Shown: in pieces, positions 15,001 to 30,000 of the stretch
How the letters are laid out: the number at the start of each line of letters is the position of its first letter
How positions within the stretch are numbered: position 1 is the stretch's first letter
Translations under genes and position numbers: made by a program
The notes under the pieces: model-generated
Seen by the model: the letters and a program-made list of their open reading frames with translations, nothing else
Told to the model about the DNA's origin: nothing
Databases searched by the model: none
Source: Eledone cirrhosa
Taxonomy: Eukaryota
NCBI GenBank assembly: GCA_964016885.1
Contig: OZ024743.1
Location: 12,896,001-12,960,000 of the forward strand
Length of the DNA stretch: 64,000 nt
Reading direction: 5' to 3'

Positions 15001-18000
15001 TTGCTAGTGTGTGTATGTTGTGTATGGTGTTGCTGCTTTTGTGTATGTTGTGTATGGTGTTGCTGCAGTTGTGTATGTTGTGTATGGTGTTGATGCTGTT
15101 GTGTATGTTGTGTATGGTGTTGCTGCAGTTGTGTATGTTGTGTATGGTGTTGCTGCCGTTGTGTATGTTGTGTATGGTGTTGCTGCCGTTGTGTATGTTG
15201 TGTATGGTGTTGCTGCCCTTTTGTATGTTGTGTATGGTGTTGCTGCCGTTGTGTATGTTGTGTATGGTGTTGCTGCTGTTGTGTATGTTGTGTATGGTGT
15301 TGTTGCTACCGTTGTGTATGTTGTGTATGATGTTGCTGCTGTTGTGTATATTGTGTATGGTGTTGCTGCTGTTGTGAATGTTGTGTATGGTGTTGCTGCC
15401 GTTGTGTATGTTGTGTATGGTGTTGCTGCCGTTGTGTATGTTGTGTATGGTGTTGCTGCTGTTGTGTATGTTGTGTATGGTGTTGCTGCCGTTGTGTATG
15501 TTGTGTATGGTGTTGCTGCTGTGTGTATGTTGTGTATGGTGTTGCTGCTGTGTGTATGTTGTGTATGGTGTTGTTGCTGTTGTGTATGTTGTGTATGGTG
15601 TTGTTGCTGCTGTTGTGTATGGTGTTGTATGGTGTTGTTGCTGCTGTTGTGTATGGTGATGTTTCTGCTGTTGTGTATGGTGTTGTATGGTGTTGCTGCC
15701 GTTGTGTATGTTGTGTATGATGTTGCTGCTGTTGTGCACGTTGTGTATGGTGTTGCTGCTGTTGTGAATGTTGTGTATGGTGTTGCTGCCGTTGTGTATG
15801 TTGTGTATGGTGTTGCTGCCGTTGTGTATGTTGTGTATGGTGTTGCTGCCGTTGTGTATGTTGTGTATGATGTTGCTGCTGTTGTGCACGTTGTGTATGG
15901 TGTTGCTGCTGTTGTGAATGTTGTGTATGGTGTTGCTGCCGTTGTGTATGTTGTGTATGGTGTTGCTGCCGTTGTGTATGTTGTGTATGGTGTTGCTGCC
16001 GTTGTGTATGTTGTGTATGGTGTTGCTGCTGTTGTGAATGTTGTGTATGGTGTTGCTGCCGTTGTGTATGTTGTGTATGGTGTTGCTGCCGTTGTGTATG
16101 TTGTGTATGGTGTTGTTGCTGTTGTGTATGTTGTGTATGGTGTTGCTGCTGTTGTGAATGTTGTGTATGGTGTTGCTGCCGTTGTGTATGTTGTGTATGG
16201 TGTTGCTGCCGTTGTGTATGTTGTGTATGGCGTTGTTGCTGTTGTGTACGTTGTGTATGGTGTTGCTGCCGTTGTGTATGTTGTGTATGGTGTTGCTGCC
16301 GTTGTGTATGTTGTGTATGGTGTTGCTGCTGTTGTGAATGTTGTGTATGGTGTTGCTGCTGTTGTGTATGTTGTGTATGGTGTTGCTGCTGTGTGTATGT
16401 TGTGTATGGTGTTATTGCTGTTGTGTATGTTGTGTATGGTGTTGCTGCTGTTGTGTATGTTGTGTATGGTGTTGCTGCTGTTGTGTATGTTGTGTATGGT
16501 GTTGCTGCTGTGTGTATGTTGTGTATGGTGTTGCTGCTGTGTGTATGTTGTGTATGGTGTTGCTGCTGTGTGTATGTTGTGTATGGTGTTGCTGCCGTTG
16601 TGTATGTTGTGTATGGTGTTGCTGCTGTTGTGTATGTTGTGTATGGTGTTGCTGCCGTTGTGTATGTTGTGTATGGTGTTGCTGCTGTTGTGTATGTTGT
16701 GTATGGTGTTGCTGCTGTGTGTATGTTGTGTATGGTGTTGTTGCTGTTGTGCATGTTGTGTATGGTGTTGTTGCTGCTGTTGTGTATGGTGTTGCTGCCG
16801 TTGTGTATGTTGTGTATGGTGATGCTGCTGTTGTGTATGTTGTGTATGGTGTTGCTGCCGTTGTGTATGTTGTGTATGGTGTTGTTGCTGCCGTTGTGTA
16901 TGTTGTGTATGGTGTTGCTGCCGTTGTGTATGTTGTGTATGGCATTGCTGCTGTTGTGTATGTTGTGTATGGTGTTGCTGCCGTTGTGTATGTTGTGTAT
17001 GGTGTTGCTGCTGTTGTGTATGTTGTGTATGGTGTTGCTGCCGTTGTGTATGTTGTGTATGGTGTTGCTGCTGTTGTGTATGTTGTGTATGGTGTTGCTG
17101 CTGTGTGTATGTTGTGTATGGTGTTGTTGCTGTTGTGTATGTTGTGTATGGTGTTGTTGCTGCTGTTGTGTATGCTGTTGCTGCCGTTGTGTATGTTGTG
17201 TATGGTGTTGTTGCTGCCGTTGTGTATGTTGTGTATGGTGTTGCTGCCGTTGTGTATGTTGTGTATGGCGTTGCTGCTGTTGTGTATGTTGTGTATGGTG
17301 TTGCTGCCGTTGTGTATGTTGTGTATGGTGTTGCTGCCGTTGTGTATGTTGTGTATGGTGTTGCTGCCGTTGTGTATGTTGTGTATGGTGTTGCTGCCGT
17401 TGTGTATGTTGTGTATGGTGTTGCTGCTGTTGTGTATATTGTGTATGGTGTTGTTGCTGCCGTTGTGTATGTTGTGTATGGTGTTGCTGCTGTTGTGTAT
17501 ATTGTGTATGGTGTTGTTGCTGCCGTTGTGTATGTTGTGAATGGTGATGCTGCCGTTGTGTATGTTGTGTATGGAGTTGTTGCTGTTGTGTATGTTGTGT
17601 ATGGTGTTGCTGCCGTTGTGTATGTTGTGTATGGTGTTGTTGCTGCTGTTGTGTATGGTGCTGCTGCCGTTGTGTATGTTGTGTATTGTGTTGTTGCTGT
17701 TGTGTATGTTGTGTATGGTGTTGTTGCTGCTGTTGTGTATGGGGCTGCTGCCGTTGTGTATGTTGTGTATGGTGTTGTATGGTGTTGTTGCTGCTGTTGT
17801 GTATGGTGTTGTATGGTGTTGTTGCTGCTGTTGTGTATGGTGTTGTATGGTGTTGTTGCAGCTGTTGTGTATGGTGTTGTATGGTGCTGTTGCTGCTGTT
17901 GTGTATGGTGATGTTTCTGCTGTTGTGTATGGTGTTGTATGGTGTTGCTGCTGTTGTGTATGGTATTGTATGGTGTTGTTGCTGCTGTTGTGTATGGTGT

Positions 18001-21000
18001 CGTATGGTGTTGTTGCTGCTGTTGTGTATGGTGTTGTTGCTGCTGTCGTGTATGGTGTTGTATGGTGTTGTTGCTGTTGTGTATCGTGTTGTATGGTGTT
18101 GTTGCTGCTGTTGTGTATGGTGTTGCTGCCGTTGTGTATGTTGTGTATGGTGTTGTTGCTGTCGTTGTGTATGTTGTGTATGGTGTTGCTGCCGTTGTGT
18201 ATGTTATGAATGGTGTTGCTGCCGTTGTGTATGTTGTGTATGGAGTTGTTGCTGTTGTGTATGTTGTGTATGGTGTTGCTGCCGTTGTGTATGTTGTGTA
18301 TGGTGTTGTTGCTGTTGTGTATGTTGTGTATGGTGTTGTTGCTGCTGTTGTGTATGGTGTTGCTGCCGCTGTGTATGTTGTGTATGGTGTTGTTGCTGCT
18401 GTTGTGTATGGTGTTGCTGCCGTTGTGTATGTTGTGTATGGTGTTGTTGCTGCCGTTGTGTATGTTGTGTATGGTGTTGCTGCCGTTGTGTATGTTGTGT
18501 ATGGTGTTGCTGCTGTTGTGCATGTTGTGTATGGAGTTGTTGCTGTTGTGTATGTTGTGTATGGTGTTGCTGCCGTTGTGTATGTTGTGTATGGTGTTGT
18601 TGCTGCTGTTGTGTATGTTGTGTATGGTGTTGTTGCTGTTGTGTACGTTGTGTATGGTGTTGCTGCCGTTGTGTATGTTGTGTATGGTGTTGCTGCCGTT
18701 GTGTATGTTGTGTATGGTGTTGCTGCTGTTGTGAATGTTGTGTATGGTGTTGCTGCTGTTGTGTATGTTGTGTATGGTGTTGCTGCTGTGTGTATGTTGT
18801 GTATGGTGTTGCTGCTCTTGTGTATGTTGTGTATGGTGTTGCTGCCGTTGTGTATGTTGTGTATGGTGTTGCTGCCGTTGTGTATGTTGTGTATGGTGTT
18901 GCTGCTGTTGTGTATGTTGTGTATGGTGTTGTTGCTACCGTTGTGTATGTTGTGTATGGTGTTGCTGCCGTTGTGTATGTTGTGTATGGTGTTGCTGCTG
19001 TTGTGTATGTTGTGTATGGTGTTGCTGCTGTTGTGAATGTTGTGTATGGTGTTGCTGCCGTTGTGTATGTTGTGTATGGTGTTGCTGCCGTTGTGTATGT
19101 TGTGTATGGTGTTGCTGCTGTTGTGTATGTTGTGTATGGTGTTGTTGCTGTTGTGTATGTTGTGTATGGTGTTGCTGCTGTTGTGAATGTTGTGTATGGT
19201 GTTGCTGCTGTTGTGAATGTTGTGTATGGTGTTGCTGCCGTTGTGTATGTTGTGTATGGTGTTGCTGCTGTTGTGAATGTTGTGTATGGTGTTGCTGCTG
19301 TTGTGAATGTTGTGTATGGTGTTGCTGCCGTTGTGTATGTTGTGTATGGTGTTGCTGCTGTTGTGTATGTTGTGTATGGTGTTGCTGCTGTTGTGAATGT
19401 TGTGTATGGTGTTGCTGCCGTTGTGTATGTTGTGTATGGTGTTGCTGCTGTTGTGTATGTTGTGTATGGTGTTGCTCTGTTGTGTATGTTGTGTATGGTG
19501 TTGCTGCTGTTGTGTATGTTGTGTATGGTGTTGCTGCCGTTGTGAATGTTGTGTATGGTGTTGCTGCCGTTGTGTATGTTGTGTATGGTGTTGCTGCTGT
19601 TGTGTATGTTGTGTATGGTGTTGCTGCCGTTGTGAATGTTGTGTATGGTGTTGCTGCCGTTGTGTATGTTGTGTATGGTGTTGCTGCTGTTGTGTATGTT
19701 GTGTATGGTGTTGCTGCCGTTGTGAATGTTGTGTATGGTGTTGCTGCCGTTGTGTATGTTGTGTATGGTGTTGCTGCAGTTGTGTATGTTGTGTATGGTG
19801 TTGCTGCTGTTGTGTATGTTGTGTATGGTGTTGCTGCTGTTGTGTATGTTGTGTATGGTGTTGTTGCTACCGTTGTGTATGTTGTGTATGGTGTTGCTGC
19901 TGTTGTGTATGTTGTGTATGGTGTTGTTGCTACCGTTGTGTATGTTGTGTATGGTGTTGCTGCTGTTGTGTATGTTGTGTATGGTGTTGCTGCTGTTGTG
20001 AATGTTGTGTATGGTGTTGCTGCCGTTGTGTATGTTGTGTATGGTGTTGCTGCTGTTGTGTATGTTGTGTATGGTGTTGCTGCTGTTGTGTATGTTGTGT
20101 ATGGTATTGCTGCTGTTGTGTATGTTGTGTATGGTGTTGCTGCCGTTGTGAATGTTGTGTATGGTGTTGTTGCTGCCGTTGTGTATGTTGTGTATGGTGT
20201 TGCTGCTGTTGTGTATGTTGTGTATGGTGTTGCTGCTGTTGTGAATGTTGTGTATGGTGTTGCTGCTGTTGTGTATGTTGTGTATGGTGTTGCTGCCGTT
20301 GTGTATGTTGTGTATGGTGTTGCTGCCGTTGTGAATGTTGTGTATGGTGTTGCTGCTGTTGTGTATGTTGTGTATGGTGTTGCTGCCGTTGTGAATGTTG
20401 TGTATGGTGTTGTTGCTACCGTTGTGTATGTTGTGTATGGTGTTGCTGCTGTTGTGTATGTTGTGTATGGTGTTGCTGCCGTTGTGAATGTTGTGTATGG
20501 TGTTGTTGCTACCGTTGTGTATGTTGTGTATGGTGTTGTTGCTGTTGTGTATGTTGTGTATGGTGTTGCTGCCGTTGTGAATGTTGTGTATGGTGTTGCT
20601 GCTGTTGTGTATATTGTGTATGGTGTTGCTGCTGTTGTGTATGTTGTGTATGGTGTTGCTGCCGTTGTGAATGTTGTGTATGGTGTTGTTGCTACCGTTG
20701 TGTATGTTGTGTATGGTGTTGTTGCTGTTGTGTATGTTGTGTATGGTGTTGCTGCCGTTGTGAATGTTGTGTATGGTGTTGCTGCTGTTGTGTATGTTGT
20801 GTATGGTGTTGCTGCCGTTGTGAATGTTGTGTATGGTGTTGTTGCTACCGTTGTGTATGTTGTGTATGGTGTTGCTGCTGTTGTGTATGTTGTGTATGGT
20901 GTTGCTGCTGTTGTGTATGTTGTGTATGGTGTTGCTGCCGTTGTGTATGTTGTGTATGGTGTTGCTGCCGTTGTGTATGTTGTGTATGGTGTTGCTGCCG

Positions 21001-24000
21001 TTGTGTATGTTGTGTATGGTGTTGCTGCAGTTGTGTATGTTGTGTATGGTGTTGCTGCCGTTGTGTATGTTGTGTATGGTGTTGCTGCTGTTGTGAATGT
21101 TGTGTATGGTGTTGCTGCTGTTGTGTATGTTGTGTATGGTGTTGCTGCTGTGTGTATGTTGTGTATGGTGTTGCTGCTCTTGTGTATGTTGTGTATGGTG
21201 TTGCTGCCGTTGTGTATGTTGTGTATGGTGTTGCTGCTGTTGGGAATGTTGTGTATGGTGTTGTTGCTGTTGTGTATGTTGTGTATGGTGTAGCTGCCGT
21301 TGTGTATGTTGTGTATGGTGTTGCTGCTGTTGTGTATGTTGTGTATGGTGTTGTTGCTGTTGTGTATGTTGTGTATGGTGTTGCTGCCGTTGTGTATGTT
21401 GTGTATGGTGTTGCTGCTGTTGTGTATGTTGTGTATGGTGTTGTTGCTACCGTTGTGTATGTTGTGTATGGTGTTGCTGCCGTTGTGTATGTTGTGTATG
21501 GTGTTGCTGCTGTTGTGTATGTTGTGTATGGTGTTGCTGCTGTTGTGAATGTTGTGTATGGTGTTGCTGCCGTTGTGTATGTTGTGTATGGTGTTGCTGC
21601 CGTTGTGTATGTTGTGTATGGTGTTGCTGCTGTTGTGTATGTTGTGTATGGTGTTGTTGCTGTTGTGTATGTTGTGTATGGTGTTGCTGCTGTTGTGAAT
21701 GTTGTGTATGGTGTTGCTGCTGTTGTGAATGTTGTGTATGGTGTTGCTGCTGTTGTGTATGTTGTGTATGGTGTTGCTGCCGTTGTGTATGTTGTGTATG
21801 GTGTTGCTGCTGTTGTGTATGTTGTGTATGGTGTTGCTGCCGTTGTGAATGTTGTGTATGGTGTTGTTGCTACCGTTGTGTATGTTGTGTATGGTGTTGC
21901 TGCTGTTGTGTATGTTGTGTATGGTGTTGCTGCTGTTGTGAATGTTGTGTATGGTGTTGCTGCTGTTGTGTATGTTGTGTATGGTGTTGCTGCCGTTGTG
22001 TATGTTGTGTATGGTGTTGTTGCTACCGTTGTGTATGTTGTGTATGGTGTTGCTGCTGTTGTGAATGTTGTGTATGGTGTAGCTGCTGTTGTGTATGTTG
22101 TGTATGGTGTTGCTGCTGTTGTGTATGTTGTGTATGGTGTTGTTGCTACCGTTGTGTATGTTGTGTATGGTGTTGCTGCTGTTGTGTATGTTGTGTATGG
22201 TGTTGCTGCTGTTGTGAATGTTGTGTATGGTGTTGCTGCTGTTGTGTATGTTGTGTATGGTGTTGCTGCCGTTGTGTATGTTGTGTATGGTGTTGCTGCT
22301 GTTGTGTATGTTGTGTATGGTGTTGCTGCTGTTGTGTATGTTGTGTATGGTGTTGCTGCCGTTGTGTATGTTGTGTATGGTGTTGCTGCTGTTGTGTATG
22401 TTGTGTATGGTGTTGCTGCTGTTGTGTATGTTGTGTATGGTGTTGTTGCTACCGTTGTGTATGTTGTGTATGGTGTTGCTGCTGTTGTGTATGTTGTGTA
22501 TGGTGTTGCTGCTGTTGTGAATGTTGTGTATGGTGTTGCTGCCGTTGTGTATGTTGTGTATGGTGTTGCTGCCGTTGTGTATGTTGTGTATGGTGTTGCT
22601 GCTGTTGTGTATGTTGTTTATGGTGTTGCTGCTGTTGTGTATGTTGTGTATGGTGTTGTTGCTACCGTTGTGTATGTTGTGTATGGTGTTGCTGCCGTTG
22701 TGTATGTTGTGTATGGTGTTGCTGCTGTTGTGTATGTTGTTTATGGTGTTGCTGCTGTTGTGTATGTTGTGTATGGTGTTGTTGCTACCGTTGTGTATGT
22801 TGTGTATGGTGTTGCTGCCGTTGTGTATGTTGTGTATGGTGTTACTGCTGTTGTGTATGTTGTGTATGGTGTTGCTGCTGTTGTGTATGTTGTGTATGGT
22901 GTTGCTGCCGTTGTGTATGTTGTGTATGGTGTTGCTGCCGTTGTGTATGTTGTGTATGGTGTTGCTGCTGTTGTGTATGTTGTTTATGGTGTTGCTGCTG
23001 TTGTGTATGTTGTGTATGGTGTTGTTGCTACCGTTGTGTATGTTGTGTATGGTGTTGCTGCCGTTGTGTATGTTGTGTATGGTGTTGCTGCTGTTGTGTA
23101 TGTTGTTTATGGTGTTGCTGCTGTTGTGTATGTTGTGTATGGTGTTGTTGCTACCGTTGTGTATGTTGTGTATGGTGTTGCTGCCGTTGTGTATGTTGTG
23201 TATGGTGTTGCTGCTGTTGTGTATGTTGTGTATGGTGTTGCTGCTGTTGTGTATGTTGTGTATGGTGTTGCTGCCGTTGTGTATGTTGTGTATGGTGTTG
23301 CTGCCGTTGTGTATGTTGTGTATGGTGTTGCTGCTGTTGTGTATGTTGTGTATGGTGTTGCTGCCGTTGTGTATGTTGTGTATGGTGTTGCTGCTGTTGT
23401 GTATGTTGTGTATGGTGTTGCTGCTGTGTGTATGTTGTGTATGGTGTTGCTGCTGTTGTGTATGTTGTGTATGGTGTTGTTGCTGTTGTGTATGTTGTGT
23501 ATGGTGTTGTTGCTGCTGTTGTGTATGGTGTTGTATGGTGCTGTTGCTGCTGTTGTGTATGGTGATGTTTCTGCTGTTGTGTATGGTGTTGTATGGTGTT
23601 GCTGCCGTTGTGTATGTCGTGTATGGTGTTGCTGCTGTTGTGCACGTTGTGTATGGTGTTGCTGCTGTTGTGAATGTTGTGTATGGTGTTGCTGCCGTTG
23701 TGTATGTTGTGTATGGTGTTGCTGCCGTCGTGTATGTTGTGTATGGCGTTGCTGCCGTTGTGTATGTTGTTGCTGCTGTTGTGTATGTTGTGTATGGTGT
23801 TGCTGCTGTGTGTATGTTGTGTATGGTGTTGTTGCTGTTGTGTATGTTGTGTATGGTGTTGCTGCTGTTGTGTATGTTGTGTATGGTGTTGTTGCTACCG
23901 TTGTGTATGTTGTGTATGGTGTTGCTGCTGTTGTGTATGGTGTTGCTGCTGTTGTGTATGTTGTGTATGGTGTTGCTGCCGTTGTGTATGTTGTGTATGG

Positions 24001-27000
24001 TGTTGCTGCTGTTGTGTATGTTGTGTATGGTGTTGCTGCCGTTGTGTATGTTGTGTATGGTGTTGCTGCTGTTGTGTATGTTGTGTATGGTGTTGCTGCT
24101 GTGTGTATGTTGTGTATGGTGTTGTTGCTGTTGTGTATGTTGTGTATGGTGTTGTTGCTGCTGTTGTGTATGGTGTTGCTGCCGTTGTGTATGTTGTGTA
24201 TGGTGTTGTTGCTGCCGTTGTGTATGTTGTGTATGGTGTTGCTGCCGTTGTGTATGTTGTGTATGGCGTTGCTGCTGTTGTGTATGTTGTGTATGGTGTT
24301 GCTGCCGTTGTGTATGTTGTGTATGGTGTTGCTGCCGTTGTGTATGTTGTGTATGGTGTTGCTGCCGTTGTGTATGTTGTGTATGGTGTTGCTGCCGTTG
24401 TGTATGTTGTGTATGGTGTTGCTGCTGTTGTGTATGTTGTGTATGGTGTTGTTGCTGCCGTTGTGTATGTTGTGTATGGTGTTGCTACCGTTGTGTATGT
24501 TGTGAATGGTGATGCTGCCGTTGTGTATGTTGTGTATGGAGTTGTTGCTGTTGTGTATGTTGTGTATGGTGTTGCTGCCGTTGTGTATGTTGTGTATGGT
24601 GTTGTTGCTGCTGTTGTGTATGGTGCTGCTGCCGTTGTGTATGTTGTGTATGGTGTTGTTGCTGTTGTGTATGTTGTGTATGGTGTTGTTGCTGCTGTTG
24701 TGTATGGGGCTGCTGCCGTTGTGTATGTTGTGTATGGTGTTGTATGGTGTTGTTGCTGCTGTTGTGTATGGTGTTGTATGGTGTTGTTGCTGCTGTTGTG
24801 TATGGTGTTGTATGGTGTTGTTGCAGCTGTTGTGTATGGTGTTGTATGGTGCTGTTGCTGCTGTTGTGTATGGTGATGTTTCTGCTGTTGTGTATGGTGT
24901 TGTATGGTGTTGCTGCTGTTGTGTATGGTATTGTATGGTGTTGTTGCTGCTGTTGTGTATGGTGTTGCTGCCGTTGTGTATGTTGTGTATGGTGTTGTTG
25001 CTGCCGTTGTGTATGTTGTGTATGGTGTTGCTGCCGTTGTGTATGTTATGAATGGTGTTGCTGCCGTTGTGTATGTTGTGTATGGAGTTGTTGCTGTTGT
25101 GTATGTTGTGTATGGTGTTGCTGCCGTTGTGTATGTTGTGTATGGTGTTGTTGCTGTTGTGTATGTTGTGTATGGTGTTGCTGCCGTTGTGTATGTTGTG
25201 TATGGTGTTGCTGCCGTTGTGTATGTTGTGTATGGTGTTGTTGCTGCTGTTGTGTATGGTGTTGCTGCCGTTGTGTATGTTGTGTATGGTGTTGTTGCTG
25301 CTGATGTGTATGGTGTTGCTGCCGTTGTGTATGTTAGGTATGGTGTTGTTGCTGCCGTTGTGTATGTTGTGTACGGTGTTGCTGCCGTTGTGTATGTTGT
25401 GTATGGTGTTGCTGCCGTTGTGTATGTTGTGTATGGAGTTGTTGCTAGTGTGTGTATGTTGTGTATGGTGTTGCTGCTTTTGTGTATGTTGTGTATGGTG
25501 TTGCTGCAGTTGTGTATGTTGTGTATGGTGTTGATGCTGTTGTGTATGTTGTGTATAGTGTTGCTGCAGTTGTGTATGTTGTGTATGGTGTTGCTGCCGT
25601 TGTGTATGTTGTGTATGGTGTTGCTGCCGTTGTGTATGTTGTGTATGGTGTTGCTGCCCTTGTGTATGTTGTGTATGGTGTTGCTGCCGTTGTGTATGTT
25701 GTGTATGGTGTTGCTGCCGTTGTGTATGTTGTGTATGGTGTTGTTGCTGTTGTGTATGTTGTGTATGGTGTTGTTGCTGTTGTGTACGTTGTGTATGGTG
25801 TTGCTGCCGTTGTGTATGTTGTGTATGGTGTTGCTGCCGTTGTGTATGTTGTGTATGGTGTTGCTGCCGTTGTGTATGTTGTGTATGGTGTTGCTGCCGT
25901 TGTGTATGTTGTGTATGGTGTTGCTGCCGTTGTGTATGTTGTGTATGGTGTTGCTGCTGTTGTGAATGTTGTGTATTGTGTTGCTGCCGTTGTGTATGTT
26001 GTGTATGGTGTTGCTGCCGTTGTGTATGTTGTGTATGGTGTTGTTGTTGTTGTGTATGTTGTGTATGGTGTTGTTGCTGTTGTGTACGTTGTGTATGGTG
26101 TTGCTGCCGTTGTGTATGTTGTGTATGGTGTTGCTGCCGTTGTGTATGTTGTGTATGGTGTTGCTGCTGTTGTGAATGTTGTGTATGGTGTTGCTGCTGT
26201 TGTGTATGTTGTGTATGGTGTTGCTGCTGTGTGTATGTTGTGTATGGTGTTGTTGCTGTTGTGTATGTTGTGTATGGTGTTGCTGCTGTTGTGTATGTTG
26301 TGTATGGTGATGTTGCTACCGTTGTGTATGTTGTGTATGGTGTTGCTGCTGTTGTGTATGTTGTGTATGGTGTTGCTGCTGTTGTGAATGTTGTGTATGG
26401 TGTTGCTGCCGTTGTGTATGTTGTGTATGGTGTTGCTGCCGTTGTGTATGTTGTGTATGGTGTTGCTGCTGTTGTGTATGTTGTGTATGGTGTTGCTGCC
26501 GTTGTGTATGTTGTGTATGGTGTTGCTGCTGTTGTGTATGTTGTGTATGGTGTGGCTGCTGTGTGTATGTTGTGTATGGTGTTGTTGCTGTTGTGTATGT
26601 TGTGTATGGTGTTGTTGCTGCTGTTGTGTATGGTGTTGCTGCCGTTGTGTATGTTATGTATGGTGTTGTTGCTGCCGTTGTGTATGTTGTGTATGGTGTT
26701 GCTGCCGTTGTGTATGTTGTGTATGGCGTTGCTGCTGTTGTTTATGTTGTGTATGGTGTTGCTGCCGTTGTGTATGTTGTGTATGGTGTTGCTGCCGTTG
26801 TGTATGTTGTGTATGGTGTTGCTGCCGTTGTGTATGTTGTGTATGGTGTTGCTGCCGTTGTGTATGTTGTGTATGGTGTTGCTGCTGTTGTGTATGTTGT
26901 GTATGGTGTTGCTACCGTTGTGTATGTTGTGAATGGTGATGCTGCCGTTGTGTATGTTGTGTATGGAGTTGTTGCTGTTGTGTATGTTTTGTATGGTGTT

Positions 27001-30000
27001 GCTGCCGTTTTGTATGCTGTGTATGGTGTTGTTGCTGCTGTTGTGTATGGTGCTGCTGCCGTTGTGTATGTTGTGTATGGTGTTGTTGCTGTTGTGTATG
27101 TTGTGTATGGTGTTGTTGCTGCTGTTGTGTATGTTGTGTATGGTGTTGTATGGTGTTGTTGCTGATGTTGTGTATGGTGTTGTATGGTGTTGTTGCTGCT
27201 GTTGTGTATGGTGTTGTATGGTGTTGTTGCAGCTGTTGTGTATGGTGTTGTATGGTGCTGTTGCTGCTGTTGTGCATGGTGATGTTTCTGCTGTTGCGTA
27301 TGGTGTTGTATAGTGTTGCTGCTGTTGTGTATGGTATTGTATGGTGTTGTTGCTGCTGTTGTGTATGGTGTCGTATGGTGTTGTTGCTGCTGTTGTGTAT
27401 GGTGTTGTTGCTGCTGTCGTGTATGGTGTTGTATGGTGTTGTTGCTGTTGTGTATCGTCTTGTATGGTGTTGTTGCTGCTGTTGTGTATGGTGTTGTATG
27501 GTGTTGTTGCTGCTGTTGTGTATGGTGTTGTATGGTGCTGTTGCCGTTGTGTATGTTGCGTATGGTGTTGCTGCCGTTGTGTATGTTGTGTATGGTGTTG
27601 TTGCTGCCGTTGTGTATGTTGTGTATGGTGTTGCTGCCGTTGTGTATGTTGTGAATGGAGTTGTTGCTGCTGTGTGTATGTTGTGTATGGTGTTGCTGCT
27701 GTTGTGTATGTTGTGTATGGTGTTGCTGCAGTTGTGTATGTTGTGTATGGTGTTGCTGTGTATGTTGTGTACGGTGTTGCTGCTGTTGTGTATGTTGTGT
27801 ATGGTGTTGCTGCAGTTGTGTATGTTGTGTATGGTGTTGCTGCCGTTGTGTATGTTGTGTATGGTGTTGCTGCCGTTGTGTATGTTGTGTATGGTGTTGC
27901 TGCTGTTGTGTATGTTGTGTATGGTGTTGCTGCAGTTGTGTATGTTGTGTATGGTGTTGCTGCTGTTGTGTATGTTGTGTATGGTGTTGCTGCTGTTGTG
28001 TATGTTGTGTATGGTGTTGCTGCCGTTGTGTATGGTGTTGCTGCCGTTGTGTATGTTGTGTATGGTGTTGTTGCTGCCGTTGTGTATGTTGTGTATGGTG
28101 TTGCTGCCGTTGTGTATGTTGTGTATGGCGTTGCTGCTGTTGTGTATGTTGTGTATGGTGTTGCTGCCGTTGTGTATGTTGTGTATGGTGTTGCTGCCGT
28201 TGTGTATGTTGTGTATGGTGTTGCTGCTGTTGTGTATGTTGTGTATGGTGTTGTTGCTGCCGTTGTGTATGTTGTGTATGGTGTTGCTACCGTTGTGTAT
28301 GTTGTGAATGGTGATGCTGCCGTTGTGTATGTTGTGTATGGAGTTGTTGCTGTTGTGTATGTTTTGTATGGTGTTGCTGCCGTTTTGTATGTTGTGTATG
28401 GTGTTGTTGCTGCTGTTGTGTATGGTGCTGCTGCCGTTGTGTATGTTGTGTATGGTGTTGTATGGTGTTGTTGCTGCTGTTGTGTATGGTGTTGTATGGT
28501 GTTGTTGCTGCTGTTGTGTATGGTGTTGTATGGTGTTGTTGCAGGTGTTGTGTATGGTGTTGTATGGTGCTGTTGCTGCTGTTGTGTATGGTGATGTTTC
28601 TGCTGTTGTGTATGGTGTTGTATGGTGTTGCTGCTGTTGTGTATGGTGTCGTATGGTGTTGTTGCTGCTGTTGTGTATGGTGTTGTTGCTGCTGTCGTGT
28701 ATGGTGTTGTATGGTGTTGTTGCTGTTGTGTATCGTCTTGTATGGTGTTGTTGCTGCTGTTGTGTATGGTGTTGTATGGTGTTGTTGCTGCTGTTGTGTA
28801 TGGTGTTGTATGGTGCTGTTGCCGTTGTGTATGTTGCGTATGGTGTTTCTGCCGTTGTGTATGTTGTGTATGGTGTTGTTGCTGCCGTTGTGTATGTTGT
28901 GTATGGTATTGCTGCCGTTGTGTATGTTGTGAATGGAGTTGTTGCTGCTGTGTGTATGTTGTGTATGGTGTTGCTGCTGTTGTGTATGTTGTGTATGGTG
29001 TTGCTGCAGTTGTGTATGTTGTGTATGGTGTTGCTGCTGTGTGTATGTTGTGTACGGTGTTGCTGCAGTTGTGTATGTTGTGTATGGTGTTGCTGCCGTT
29101 GTGTATGTTGTGTATGGTGTTGCTGCCGTTGTGTATGTTGTGTATGGTGTTGCTGCTTTTGTGTATGTTGTGTATGGTGTTGCTGCCGTTGTGTATGTTG
29201 TGTATGTTGTTGTTGCTGCCGTTGTGTATGTTGTGTATGGTGTTGCTGCCGTTGTGTATGTTGTGTATGGTGTTGCTGCCGTTGTGTATATTGTGTATGG
29301 AGTTGTTGCTGCTGTGTGTATGTTGTGTATGGTGTTGCTGCTGTTGTGTATGTTGTGTATGGTGTTGCTGCAGTTGTGTATGTTGTGTATGGTGTTGCTG
29401 CCGTTGTGTATGTTGTGTATGGTGTTGCTGCCGTTGTGTATGTTGTGTATGGTGTTGCTGCTGTTGTGTATGTTGTGTATGGTGTTGCTGCAGTTGTGTA
29501 TGTTGTGTATGGTGTTGCTGCTGTTGTGTATGTTGTTTATGGTGTTGCTGCTGTTGTGTATGTTGTGTATGGTGTTGCTGCAGTTGTGTATGTTGTGTAT
29601 GGTGTTGCTGTGTATTTTGTGTATGGTGTTGCTGCTGTTGTGTATGTTGTGTATGGTGTTGCTGCCGTTGTGTATGTTGTGTATGGTGTTGCTGCCGTTG
29701 TGTATGTTGTGTATGGTGTTGCTGCTGTTGTGTATGTTGTGTATGGTGTTGCTGCCGTTGTGTATGTTGTGTATGGTGTTGCTGCTGTTGTGTATGTTGT
29801 GTATGGTGTTGCTGCAGTTGTGTATGTTGTGTATGGTGTTGCTGCTGTTGTGTATGTTGTGTATGGTGTTGCTGCTGTTGTGTATGTTGTGTATGGTGTT
29901 GCGTCCGTTGTGTATGTTGTGTATGGTGTAGGTGCCGTCGTGTATGTTGTGTATGGTGTTGTATGGTGTTGTTGCTGCTGTTGTGTATGGTGTTGTATGG

